A stretch of 64,000 bases of DNA from Candidatus Omnitrophota bacterium (GTDB lineage: Bacteria > Omnitrophota > Gorgyraeia > Zapsychrales > Fredricksoniimonadaceae), in contig CAJARJ010000016.1 in the NCBI GenBank assembly GCA_903944345.1, positions 25,852-89,851 of the forward strand. Reading direction: 5' to 3'. The notes beneath the pieces are model-generated. The model was not told the origin of the DNA. It made no database searches and worked only from the letters and a program-made list of their open reading frames with translations. The position numbers and the translations under genes are program-made. Of this stretch, positions 1 to 8,527 are shown piece after piece; position 1 is the first letter of the stretch; every line of letters begins with the position of its first letter.

Positions 1-29
1 CCGGGGTTTTAGAGGCGAAAAGAGACGAT

Positions 30-515
30 TTGGAGTTTTTGTTCCAGTTTCAGTCGGGGCCGACGACTCCCGCAGCGGTCTTTCGATGGAGGAGAGCGGT
101 TCAACATGTTTTTGAAGAAGTGTGGACTCAGTACTTAGATGGTTCCCAAAATATTTATGAACGTGAAGAAAACGTTTTTTATCTTTTGTACAATGCATGG
201 TCTGGGCAGAATAATAAGAACGAGATAGAGTTAATTCGTAACGCCGTTAAAAGAGAATTGTCAAAAAACGGCGGGGCGATAAAGAAACTTTTGGATTACT
301 TCTTGGAAGATTCTCTTGTTTTTAGTCAGGCAAATCGCGCCGTGTTGCTGATCATACGCGAGGATTTGCTCAGATTCGCAGGGGAGCTGAAGAATGACGG
401 GGAAATAACAAAGATGATAAATGAAATTCCTGCTCAATTCCCGGAACTCAAGGATCAGCGAGATACGTTAAGAGTCCTTTATTCGCAAGTTCTTGAACGA
501 AATCAAAAGCCATGA
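30..515 (+). CDS. hypothetical protein (possibly 5'-truncated by window edge; TTG start in track)
   Basis: ORF with no in-frame stop upstream to position 1. No recognisable motifs. Its stop overlaps the next start (ATGA), so it is probably co-translated with the ABC permease. Confidence 0.4.
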   Translation: MEFLFQFQSGPTTPAAVFRWRRAVQHVFEEVWTQYLDGSQNIYEREENVFYLLYNAWSGQNNKNEIELIRNAVKRELSKNGGAIKKLLDYFLEDSLVFSQANRAVLLIIREDLLRFAGELKNDGEITKMINEIPAQFPELKDQRDTLRVLYSQVLERNQKP

Positions 516-1624
516 ACCAGGCATCTGCAAATTCTGATTGTGTTGCGGCAGTAACTTCTCGCGCGTCGGAATTATTTTTTCTGCGCCGTCCCGGAGTTCT
601 GGCGAGTTTATGGGCTCTCGGCTTTTTGTACGCCGCGGCTCTTTTGGCCGAGTTTGTTGCGCCGTATTCTTTTGTCACCGAAGCCCGGGCGTACTCTTAC
701 GCGCCTCCTTCAAAGATTCATGTAGTGCATGAAGGGCGCTTGCACCGGCCTTTTGTCTATGACGTGCAGGCCGCTTTCGATGCCAATCACCGCCGTTATT
801 ATGTTGAAGATCGCACCCGTCCGTTTGCCCTGGAGATCTTTGGCCGTGGAGAGCCGTACCGACTGCTGGGACTGTTTTCCGGTGACCGGCATCTGTTGAC
901 AGTCCGGGAACCGGCCCGTCTCTTTCTTCTGGGGGCGGATGCCCGGGGACGCGATATTTTTTCGCGTCTTGTACATGGAGGGCGCATATCGCTGACCATC
1001 GGACTGGCCGGTGTGGCGCTTTCTTTTTTTATCGGATTGCTCGTGGGCGGGGCGGCGGGTTATTTCGGCGGCTGGATCGACAGTGCCCTTATGCGTTTAT
1101 GCGAGATGGTCATGATGGTGCCGGGATTCTATTTGCTTTTGGCCCTGCGCGCCGCGGTTCCGGACAATTTCACTTCGGTCCAGGTGTATGGAGCTATTGT
1201 CATTATTCTGTCGTTTATCAGCTGGGCGGGGCTGGCGCGGGTTATCCGCGGCATGTCTTTGTCCTTGCGGGAACGTGATTATGTGCTGGCCGCCCGCAGC
1301 ATGGGGGTTTCTGATTTGCGGATCATTGTGACGCATATTCTGCCGCACACATTGTCTTATTCGCTGGCGGCGGTGATGCTTTCGATTCCCGGTTATATCC
1401 TGGGAGAATCCGCGTTAAGTCTTATTGGGCTTGGCATTCAGGATCCGTATGCCAGCTGGGGCAATATGCTTTCGGAAGCCATGAGCCTGGTCAAGGTGAC
1501 CTTCGCTCCCTGGCTCTTGTGGCCGGCGGTTTTTATCTGTGTGACGGTGGCTTGTTTTAATATTATCGGCGACGCTTTGCGGGATGTGCTTGATCCGGAC
1601 AAAGCAGCGGGAGAACGCTCATGA
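512..1624 (+). CDS. ABC transporter permease, OppC/DppC family (binding-protein-dependent peptide/nickel importer), with an N-terminal extension
   Basis: Multi-TM protein with the characteristic permease core (…LTIGLAGVALSFFIGLLVGGAAGYFGGWIDSALMRLCEMVMMVPGFYLLLAL…). 4-nt overlaps with both neighbours. Confidence 0.85.
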   Translation: MNQASANSDCVAAVTSRASELFFLRRPGVLASLWALGFLYAAALLAEFVAPYSFVTEARAYSYAPPSKIHVVHEGRLHRPFVYDVQAAFDANHRRYYVEDRTRPFALEIFGRGEPYRLLGLFSGDRHLLTVREPARLFLLGADARGRDIFSRLVHGGRISLTIGLAGVALSFFIGLLVGGAAGYFGGWIDSALMRLCEMVMMVPGFYLLLALRAAVPDNFTSVQVYGAIVIILSFISWAGLARVIRGMSLSLRERDYVLAARSMGVSDLRIIVTHILPHTLSYSLAAVMLSIPGYILGESALSLIGLGIQDPYASWGNMLSEAMSLVKVTFAPWLLWPAVFICVTVACFNIIGDALRDVLDPDKAAGERS

Positions 1625-2391
1625 GCCAGGATTTGCTGACAGTCAGAAATTTGTCAGTTCATTTGCGTTGTGGCGGAGGCATGATTTTGCAGGATATCAG
1701 CCTCTCCTTGCGCCCCCGTCAGGTTCTTGGTGTTGTGGGAGGTTCCGGCAGCGGCAAGACAACCCTGGGCCTGGCACTTTTGCGGCTCCTGCCGCCAGCC
1801 ATGGAGCAGACTTCGGGGAGTATTTTGTATCGCGCGGAAGATCTGGCCGCATGCTCCGAGGTGCGCTTGCGCGCGTTGCGCGGAGGGGCTTTGTCGATGG
1901 TTTATCAGGAGCCGGCCAGTGCGTTCGATCCGCTTTATACTGTTGGCCGGCAGATCGCCGAAGCACTGGAGGCTCATGGCGACTCTGCCGGGCAGAAGCG
2001 GATTGTCGAGCTTCTGGTGATGGCCGGAGTCAAGGATCCACAGCGTGTGGCGGACAGTTATCCGCACGAGCTTTCCGGAGGGTTGTTACAACGGGCCATG
2101 ATTGCCCAGGCCGTGTCGTGTTCTCCGGGCATTCTGATTGCCGACGAACCGACCAGCAGCCTGGACGTGCGGGTTCAGGCCCGGGTTATGGAATTGTTTA
2201 TGCGGCTTAAAGATCAGCTGGGACTGGGGATTATCCTGATTACGCATGATCTGGGGCTGATCCGGCATTTTGCCGATGATGTTCTGGTGCTGGATCACGG
2301 GGTCATGGTCGATCATTGTCCTGTCGGCAGCTTGCTCTTTTCTGAACGGGCTGATTATACACGCCGACTGCTGGAGGCGGAGAGTTTATGA
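1621..2391 (+). CDS. ABC transporter ATP-binding protein (OppD/DppD-like)
   Basis: Walker A GGSGSGKTT, ABC signature LSGGLLQRA, Walker B ILIADEPTSSLD. Confidence 0.85.
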   Translation: MSQDLLTVRNLSVHLRCGGGMILQDISLSLRPRQVLGVVGGSGSGKTTLGLALLRLLPPAMEQTSGSILYRAEDLAACSEVRLRALRGGALSMVYQEPASAFDPLYTVGRQIAEALEAHGDSAGQKRIVELLVMAGVKDPQRVADSYPHELSGGLLQRAMIAQAVSCSPGILIADEPTSSLDVRVQARVMELFMRLKDQLGLGIILITHDLGLIRHFADDVLVLDHGVMVDHCPVGSLLFSERADYTRRLLEAESL

Positions 2392-3203
2392 GTGCGCTTC
2401 TGGAAGTCAAAGACCTTGTAAAAAAGTTTCCCGGCCGGCGCGGCAGCGCGCAAACGGTTCTTGCACTCGACGGTGCTAATCTGGTTCTGGAGTCTTCACA
2501 GCATCTGGCTTTGGTCGGAGAGTCCGGTTGCGGCAAGACCACTTTGGCCCGGATTATACTGGGGGTTGAGCGCGCTGATAGTGGAACGGTGCTTTTTGAA
2601 GGTCAGCCGCTGCGTTATGATGGCAGCTCCGGGCGGGTGGCCAGGCGAAAAATTCGCATGGTTTTCCAGGATCCTTTTTCCAGCCTGGATCCCCGTTTTA
2701 CCGTCAGGGATATTTTGGCGGAAGCGCTTTGCCTCGAAGCCCCGGCGGCTCTTGCAACGCTACGGGAGCGGATGCGGGAGGTGCTGCGTTCGGTCGGACT
2801 GGTCGGGGACATTCTTGGGCGGTATCCCCGGGCTTTTTCCGGAGGGGAGCGTCAGCGCATTGCCATTGCCAGGGCGCTGATGACGGATCCCCGCCTGCTC
2901 ATTCTTGATGAGCCGATTTCCGCGCTGGATATGCTGGTGCATAAACAGATTTTGGATTTATTTCTGGAGCTGGCGCGGACGAGGCCAATAACGTATCTTT
3001 TTATTACGCACAGCATGTCGGCCGCGCGTAAAATCAGTCAAAGAATTGCGGTCATGTCGCAAGGCCGTATAGTAGAATATGGCCCGACAAAACAGGTGAT
3101 GGGTCAGCCGGAGCATCCCTACACGCGGGCGCTTCTGGCTGCGGCGTTGGACTACCGGGTCAGGGAAGACGCCGAGTTCCTAAATGGGAAGGACGAATTA
3201 TGA
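2388..3203 (+). CDS. ABC transporter ATP-binding protein (OppF/DppF-like)
   Basis: Walker A GESGCGKTT, signature FSGGERQRIAIARAL, Walker B LILDEPISALD. Confidence 0.85.
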   Translation: MSALLEVKDLVKKFPGRRGSAQTVLALDGANLVLESSQHLALVGESGCGKTTLARIILGVERADSGTVLFEGQPLRYDGSSGRVARRKIRMVFQDPFSSLDPRFTVRDILAEALCLEAPAALATLRERMREVLRSVGLVGDILGRYPRAFSGGERQRIAIARALMTDPRLLILDEPISALDMLVHKQILDLFLELARTRPITYLFITHSMSAARKISQRIAVMSQGRIVEYGPTKQVMGQPEHPYTRALLAAALDYRVREDAEFLNGKDEL

Positions 3204-5515
3204 GTGCTACATTTTACCGGGCGCTGAGTACTACCTTCGGACTGATGCTTATTGGCGTTGTTTTTGGTTCGGCATTTTTCGCCGCAACGATTGGAATCAA
3301 GGATCTTGATTTGTGGCTCCATATGCGCATGGGGCAGTACATAGTCGAGCACATGACGGTTCCCGCGACGGACGTGCTCTCGGCTTCTGCCTGGGGGTTG
3401 CCCTGGAATAACCATGAATGGCTTTTCCAGGTGGTGGTTCATCTGGTGCGGGATTCTTTCGGGATGGACGGTCTGTTATATATGCAGGCGATCCTGGTTG
3501 TTATCACCGGGCTCATTTTTTTGGTTCTAACCTATCATCGCGACCGCCAGCTGGCAGTGGCGGGGTTACTCTATCTGGTTTTCGAGATCTTTCAGTCGCG
3601 CTTTACTGTCCGCCCGGACATGTTCAGTTTTCTTTTTTATGCTGCTTTTATTTATGTGCTCGCCGTTCACTTGCAGTCCCGCTGGTCATTGCTTGTTCTG
3701 TTTATTATCCAGGCCTTGTGGGTTAATATGCACGGCTTCTTCTTTATGGGTTTGCTCTTTATTATTATTGCTCTGGCGTCTGAAGGGATTAAGCGCAGCG
3801 TGCCTCTGCCCTGGGAATGGAACAAGGAAGGCCGGCTGACGGATGAAGAGTTCCGGCGACTTGGCCTGGCCCTGCTGGTGGTGTGTGTCGCCTCTTTGCT
3901 TAATCCCCAGGGGCTCAAGGGCGCGCTGTATCCTTTCGATATTTTGCGGCAGATCTTCGGCGAATCCAGGATTTTTCTTGCGCATATTACCGAGCTGGCC
4001 CGTCCGATCACCGCGGATAATGTTTTTGATTATGAGCATTTGTGGCCGCTCAAAAGCCTGATCCTGGTAACAGTAATCAGCTTTATCCTGAACCGTAAGA
4101 AGATAGATCTTAGCGCTCTTTTTCTATGGTTGTTTTTTCTGGCTTTCGGTCTTTCGGCTTTGCGCAACATGGTCTATCTGGCTTTTGCTTCTTATCTGGC
4201 CGTTATGATGAATATCTCCAACCTGAGTCTGACCGCGCTGGTTCCTTTCAAGGCTGCAGATCAGCGGTTTGTTTTTATGACCGGAATTCTGGTTCGGATT
4301 CTGCTGGCTGCCTGGTTTCTTAACAGGGCTATGGACATGTCGGCGATGTCTTATTATGACTTTACGTATTACGAACGTAAAAGCAGCTTTCTTGGTGTTG
4401 ACGAGCGGTCTTATCCCAAACAGGCTGCGGATTTCCTCCAGCGTAACAATATCAGGGGCAACTTTTTTAATGATTTCAATTCCGGGGCGTATTTGATCGG
4501 GCGGCTTTATCCTGATGTTATGGTCTATATGGACGGACGGACCGAATTGCGGGGCCCTGCTTTTTTCAAGAAGTACAGAAGAATATGGGATGATGGCAAT
4601 GCCAGCTTGTTTGATGAGGCTGTTGCTGCCTACGGGTTGAGCGGAGTTTTTGTTAACACGACATCTTCTGCTGCTCCGGAGAACTTTTTAAAAATGATCG
4701 CGGCACGCCCGGAATGGAAGCCGGTTTATTTTGATCATGATGCGGTTATTTTTCTTAAGGATATTCCCCGCAATGCCGAGCTGATTGCCAAATTTGGCAT
4801 CGATTTTTCCTCAATTGAGCCGGGGAAGATTGACATTCGCCGCCTGGGCCCCACGCGAGCGCTTCCTTATCAGTTTGTCGGACGGGGGATGTCTTTGCTC
4901 GCTATGGGGTATCCGGACCAGGCTTTGGCCGAGGCTGATGCGCTTCTGAAAGTTCTTCCGGATGCCGCCGGCGGGCACAAGATCAGAAGCCTGGTGTTTG
5001 ATCGGAGTAAGAATTATGAACAGTTGTTTGAGTCGGCGCGACTGGCTGTGGTGTATTCGCCAGGAGACCTGCGTCAGCGCAGCCGTCTTTCCTATGCTTA
5101 TCTCATGTTGGGTGACGAAAAACGTGCGCTTAAAGAGGCCGACAAACTCATCGAGCGGGCTCCAAAAAGCGGCTGGGGAGAGATTGCCAAGGCAAAAGTC
5201 TTTGTGAAAAAAAAGCAGTTCTCCAAAGGATATGATATATTGTTGGCTGCTCTGGGCAAAACTTTTCGCCTCAGCCGTGAGGCCCTGATAGCTGGTGACA
5301 TTGCTTATAATGATGGAGAGTTTTTCCAGGCACAAAAAATTTATCGGCTGATCGCCCGCAAGGACAAAAGAAATGCGGAAGCCCTGGATAAGCTGGGGGA
5401 TTCCCTGGCAGCTTTGGGCCGCAAATCCCAGGCCGTTATTCAGTGGAAGAAGGCGATTCTGCTTAAATCGGGAGATGAAGATATCCGAAAGAAGATATCC
5501 GAGGCGGAGAAATAA
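3200..5515 (+). CDS. large polytopic membrane protein (~11 TM, GT-C-like topology) with C-terminal TPR repeat domain
   Basis: 771 aa. The N-terminal ~370 aa is strongly hydrophobic with many helices. The C-terminal ~150 aa has TPR-like repeats (…AEADALLKVLPDAAG…, …AEALDKLGDSLAALGRKSQAVIQWKKAILL…). The start overlaps the oppF-like stop. Confidence 0.6.
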   Translation: MSATFYRALSTTFGLMLIGVVFGSAFFAATIGIKDLDLWLHMRMGQYIVEHMTVPATDVLSASAWGLPWNNHEWLFQVVVHLVRDSFGMDGLLYMQAILVVITGLIFLVLTYHRDRQLAVAGLLYLVFEIFQSRFTVRPDMFSFLFYAAFIYVLAVHLQSRWSLLVLFIIQALWVNMHGFFFMGLLFIIIALASEGIKRSVPLPWEWNKEGRLTDEEFRRLGLALLVVCVASLLNPQGLKGALYPFDILRQIFGESRIFLAHITELARPITADNVFDYEHLWPLKSLILVTVISFILNRKKIDLSALFLWLFFLAFGLSALRNMVYLAFASYLAVMMNISNLSLTALVPFKAADQRFVFMTGILVRILLAAWFLNRAMDMSAMSYYDFTYYERKSSFLGVDERSYPKQAADFLQRNNIRGNFFNDFNSGAYLIGRLYPDVMVYMDGRTELRGPAFFKKYRRIWDDGNASLFDEAVAAYGLSGVFVNTTSSAAPENFLKMIAARPEWKPVYFDHDAVIFLKDIPRNAELIAKFGIDFSSIEPGKIDIRRLGPTRALPYQFVGRGMSLLAMGYPDQALAEADALLKVLPDAAGGHKIRSLVFDRSKNYEQLFESARLAVVYSPGDLRQRSRLSYAYLMLGDEKRALKEADKLIERAPKSGWGEIAKAKVFVKKKQFSKGYDILLAALGKTFRLSREALIAGDIAYNDGEFFQAQKIYRLIARKDKRNAEALDKLGDSLAALGRKSQAVIQWKKAILLKSGDEDIRKKISEAEK

Positions 5516-5518
5516 TCT

Positions 5519-6751
5519 ATGAAACAGCAGTCCATGCGCAATATGATTACGTTCATTCTCGCCGGGGGAAAGGGTGAACGCCTTAATCCTTTGACCCGCG
5601 ACCGCGCCAAGCCGGCGGTTCCGTTTGGCGGCATTTATCGTATTATTGATTTTACCTTGTCTAATTGTATCAATTCCGGCCTGCGGCGTATTTTTGTTCT
5701 TATTCAATATAAGTCTTTCTCGTTGCAAAAGCATATTCTGGCGGGTTGGGATGTTGTTTCCACCCAGCTAGGCGAATTTATTGACGTTGTTCCGGCGCAA
5801 CAGCGCCTGGGGGATGACTGGTATAAAGGAACTGCGGATGCGATTTATCAGAACATTTATGCGATTAATGATCATGCCCCGGAGTGGGTGCTGATTCTGG
5901 CCGGAGATCATCTTTATAAAATGGATTATCAGAAGATGCTAGAAGCACATCTGAATTCCGGAGTGGATGTTTCCGTCGGCTGTATCAAGATGCCCAAGGA
6001 AGATTCTCCTCATTTTGGGGTTATTGAGGTTGATTCTAACAATTTCATTTGTGGATTCCAGGAAAAGCCTCAGGTACCACAGACGATTCCTTCCGAGCCG
6101 GACAAGATTTTTGCTTCGATGGGGATTTATTTGTTTAGTAGATCTGCTCTGGTCAAGGAATTGACCCGCGATGCGGAAGACATTCGTTCGGATCACGATT
6201 TTGGCAAGAATATAATCCCCCGGATGGTGGCGGACAAAAAGAAACTGTTGGCTTACGATTTTGGACAGCAGTCGGGCTATTGGCGGGATATTGGAACTCG
6301 TGACGCCTATTATCAGTCGAACATGGATTTGATCAAGTCCGATCCTCCTTTTAATCTTTATGACAAGACCTGGCCGTTGCGCACGCATTATTCGCATTAT
6401 CCTCCGGTACTTATGAAAACAGGAGTCGAGCAGAAGGCCGGGTTTGTTGGTGGTGTTTTTGATTCTATTGTTTCTCCGGGTTGTCTGATTGACGGCGGTC
6501 GGGTGGAGCGTTCAGTGCTTTCTCCTATGGTGATTGTCGGCTCCCATGCGCTGGTGCAGGATTCTGTCATTATGGAGAATGTCACGATCGGTGCGCGAGC
6601 ACAGATAAAGAATGCGATTATCGACAAGCAGGTTACGGTGCCCGAAGGAGAAAAGATCGGGTATGACCTTGAGCTTGATCGCAAGCGCTTTTCGGTGACA
6701 GCTTCGGGAATTGTTATTGTTGCCAAACGGACGCCGATTGAGAATGGATAA
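5519..6751 (+). CDS. glgC: glucose-1-phosphate adenylyltransferase
   Basis: N-terminal ILAGGKGERLNPLTRDRAKPAVPFGGIYRIIDFTLSNCINSG motif and overall length are typical of GlgC. Confidence 0.9.
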   Translation: MKQQSMRNMITFILAGGKGERLNPLTRDRAKPAVPFGGIYRIIDFTLSNCINSGLRRIFVLIQYKSFSLQKHILAGWDVVSTQLGEFIDVVPAQQRLGDDWYKGTADAIYQNIYAINDHAPEWVLILAGDHLYKMDYQKMLEAHLNSGVDVSVGCIKMPKEDSPHFGVIEVDSNNFICGFQEKPQVPQTIPSEPDKIFASMGIYLFSRSALVKELTRDAEDIRSDHDFGKNIIPRMVADKKKLLAYDFGQQSGYWRDIGTRDAYYQSNMDLIKSDPPFNLYDKTWPLRTHYSHYPPVLMKTGVEQKAGFVGGVFDSIVSPGCLIDGGRVERSVLSPMVIVGSHALVQDSVIMENVTIGARAQIKNAIIDKQVTVPEGEKIGYDLELDRKRFSVTASGIVIVAKRTPIENG

Positions 6752-6822
6752 ATAACCGGCGGGGGCTGGAGCGGCGGTCTGGATTTTTGGATAAAAAGTC
6801 AGTATGAAGGGAGTCGGTCGAA

Positions 6823-8022
6823 ATGGTTGTTCAGCCCAGAATTCGCGGGTTTATTTGTACGACAGCTCATCCGGTCGGGTGCGCGCAACATGTGCAACAG
6901 CAGATTGACTGCGTGCTTCAGAAGGGGCCGGTCAAGGGCGGTCCCGGAAAAGTTCTGGTGATCGGGGCTTCCACCGGGTATGGTCTTTCTTCCCGGATCA
7001 CGGCGGCTTTTGGCTCCGGAGCAGCAACTCTTGGGGTTTTCTTCGAAAAGTCTTCCGACGGCAAAAGAACGGCTACGGCCGGCTGGTATAATTCCGCGGC
7101 CTTCGAGACTGCGGCGCGTGCGCGTGGTCTTTATGCCCGCAGCGTGAACGGCGATGCGTTTTCCGATGACATCAAGCGTCAGGTGGTTGATATTATCAAG
7201 AAAGACCTGGGGCAGGTGGATATGGTGGTTTACAGCCTGGCTTCTCCCCGTCGGGTTCATCCTGTGACCGGAGAAACCTTTCGTTCCACGCTCAAGCCTA
7301 TCGAGGGGCGCTACACTAACAAATCTTTTGATTTTGAGAAAAATGAAGTTACTGAGGTCTCCCTTGAGCAATCGTCCGAGGATGAGGTTCGTCAGACTGT
7401 TGCGGTCATGGGGGGTGAGGACTGGGGTATGTGGATTGATCTTCTGTCCGCCGAAGGACTGCTGGCGCCGGGTTGTCTGACGGTCGCTTATTCTTATATC
7501 GGCCCCCGGGTAACGCAGCCTATTTATCGTCAGGGAACCATTGGTGCGGCCAAAGATCATCTGGAGGCAACGGCCTGCCAGCTGGACAAAAAAATGTCTG
7601 CCATCGGGGGACGGGCTTTTGTTTCGGTCAACAAGGCTTTGGTGACCCAGGCCAGTTCTGCAATTCCGTTTATTTCCCTTTATATTGTTCTGCTGATGAA
7701 AGTCATGAAGGAAAAACAATTGCATGAGGGGTGTATCGAGCAGGTTGTCCGACTTTTTCATGAGCGGCTGTACGGCCGTAAACGCGACGAGATTCCGGTG
7801 GATGAGCAGGGTCGGGTCCGGGTTGATGACTGGGAGTTGCGCGAAGATGTGCAGAAAGAAGTCGAGGCTATGTGGAACGCGGTGACGACCCTGAATGCCA
7901 ATCAGTTTGGTGGGGTTGACAGTTATAATCGTGAATTTCTTAAACTTTTTGGTTTTGGTCTTTCAGCAGTGGACTATAACGCGGATGTCAATATTGAAGT
8001 CGGGATAGAGGGAGTGGCTTGA
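6823..8022 (+). CDS. fabV: trans-2-enoyl-CoA / enoyl-[ACP] reductase (NADH), FabV family
   Basis: N-terminus RIRGFICTTAHPVGC…KVLVIGASTGYGLSSRI is the FabV/TER hallmark. ~400 aa. Confidence 0.9.
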   Translation: MVVQPRIRGFICTTAHPVGCAQHVQQQIDCVLQKGPVKGGPGKVLVIGASTGYGLSSRITAAFGSGAATLGVFFEKSSDGKRTATAGWYNSAAFETAARARGLYARSVNGDAFSDDIKRQVVDIIKKDLGQVDMVVYSLASPRRVHPVTGETFRSTLKPIEGRYTNKSFDFEKNEVTEVSLEQSSEDEVRQTVAVMGGEDWGMWIDLLSAEGLLAPGCLTVAYSYIGPRVTQPIYRQGTIGAAKDHLEATACQLDKKMSAIGGRAFVSVNKALVTQASSAIPFISLYIVLLMKVMKEKQLHEGCIEQVVRLFHERLYGRKRDEIPVDEQGRVRVDDWELREDVQKEVEAMWNAVTTLNANQFGGVDSYNREFLKLFGFGLSAVDYNADVNIEVGIEGVA

Positions 8023-8134
8023 TTTCGGAGCACAATTAAGGTAATGTTTGCGGCCGGGTAGCGATTGCCGACTTTGTTGTTTGTTAACATTATTTCCGTT
8101 ATCTTGCTGTTTTACAAAAAAAATTAAACAGTCG

Positions 8135-8163
8135 TTGACACTTTTAGTGGACTTGGATAAAGT
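8135..8163 (+). promoter_or_regulatory. candidate sigma70 promoter (TTGACA-17-TAAAGT) in the AT-rich 282-nt intergenic region upstream of the HTH gene/smc
   Basis: Seen directly: TTGACA at ~8135-8140, a 17-nt spacer, then TAAAGT. Confidence 0.4.
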
Positions 8164-8304
8164 GCTTCTAAGAGCTTCGTGTGTGCAGGGCAGGCTCTAA
8201 CCCTCCTTTTGTTTTATCAACAGAGTAGTGTTTTACAAAAGATGTGAACAGACAGGCGTCTGGAATAGTTCGGGTTTAACCCAATTCTTTACCTGGAGTA
8301 TTGT

Positions 8305-8502
8305 ATGGAACAGCATGGCAATCTTATGACCATCGATGAAGTTGCGGATTATTTACGTGTCAAGAAGCGTACTGTTTACGACTGGGTTAAGAAGGGTAAA
8401 ATCCCCGCGATCAAGGCTGTTGGTTTGTGGCGTTTTCGTAAAGATCGCATTGATACCTGGTTAAACCAGGAAGAGGATGCGGAAGTCAGGGTTGAAGCCT
8501 GA
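8305..8502 (+). CDS. excisionase-family / MerR-type helix-turn-helix DNA-binding protein (HTH_17-like)
   Basis: 65 aa. MTIDEVADYLRVKKRTVYDWVKKGKIPAIKAVGLWRFRKDRIDTWL matches the excisionase/Xis-type HTH. Confidence 0.8.
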   Translation: MEQHGNLMTIDEVADYLRVKKRTVYDWVKKGKIPAIKAVGLWRFRKDRIDTWLNQEEDAEVRVEA

Positions 8503-8527
8503 ACGCTTTTATTCGGGGAATTTGTCC

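Noticed and set aside
4811-5734. 307-aa minus-strand ORF (one of many long minus-strand ORFs, e.g. 6799..7761, 10263..11093, 11042..11770, 14603..15340, 26560..27228, 34841..35542, 43610..44320)
   Set aside because: Each lies entirely antisense to a + strand gene with strong motif support (TPR membrane protein/glgC, fabV, smc, rpoD, lepA, LpoB-like, pilB). Their compositions are R/Q/N/H/P/S-rich, typical of antisense frames. None has motifs or an RBS.
8477-8527. Track start of the smc ORF at 8477, overlapping the HTH gene
   Set aside because: The conserved SMC N-terminus (MYFKKLEIFGF…GPNGCGKSN) begins at the ATG at 8528. The upstream 17 codons are not conserved-looking and overlap the HTH gene.
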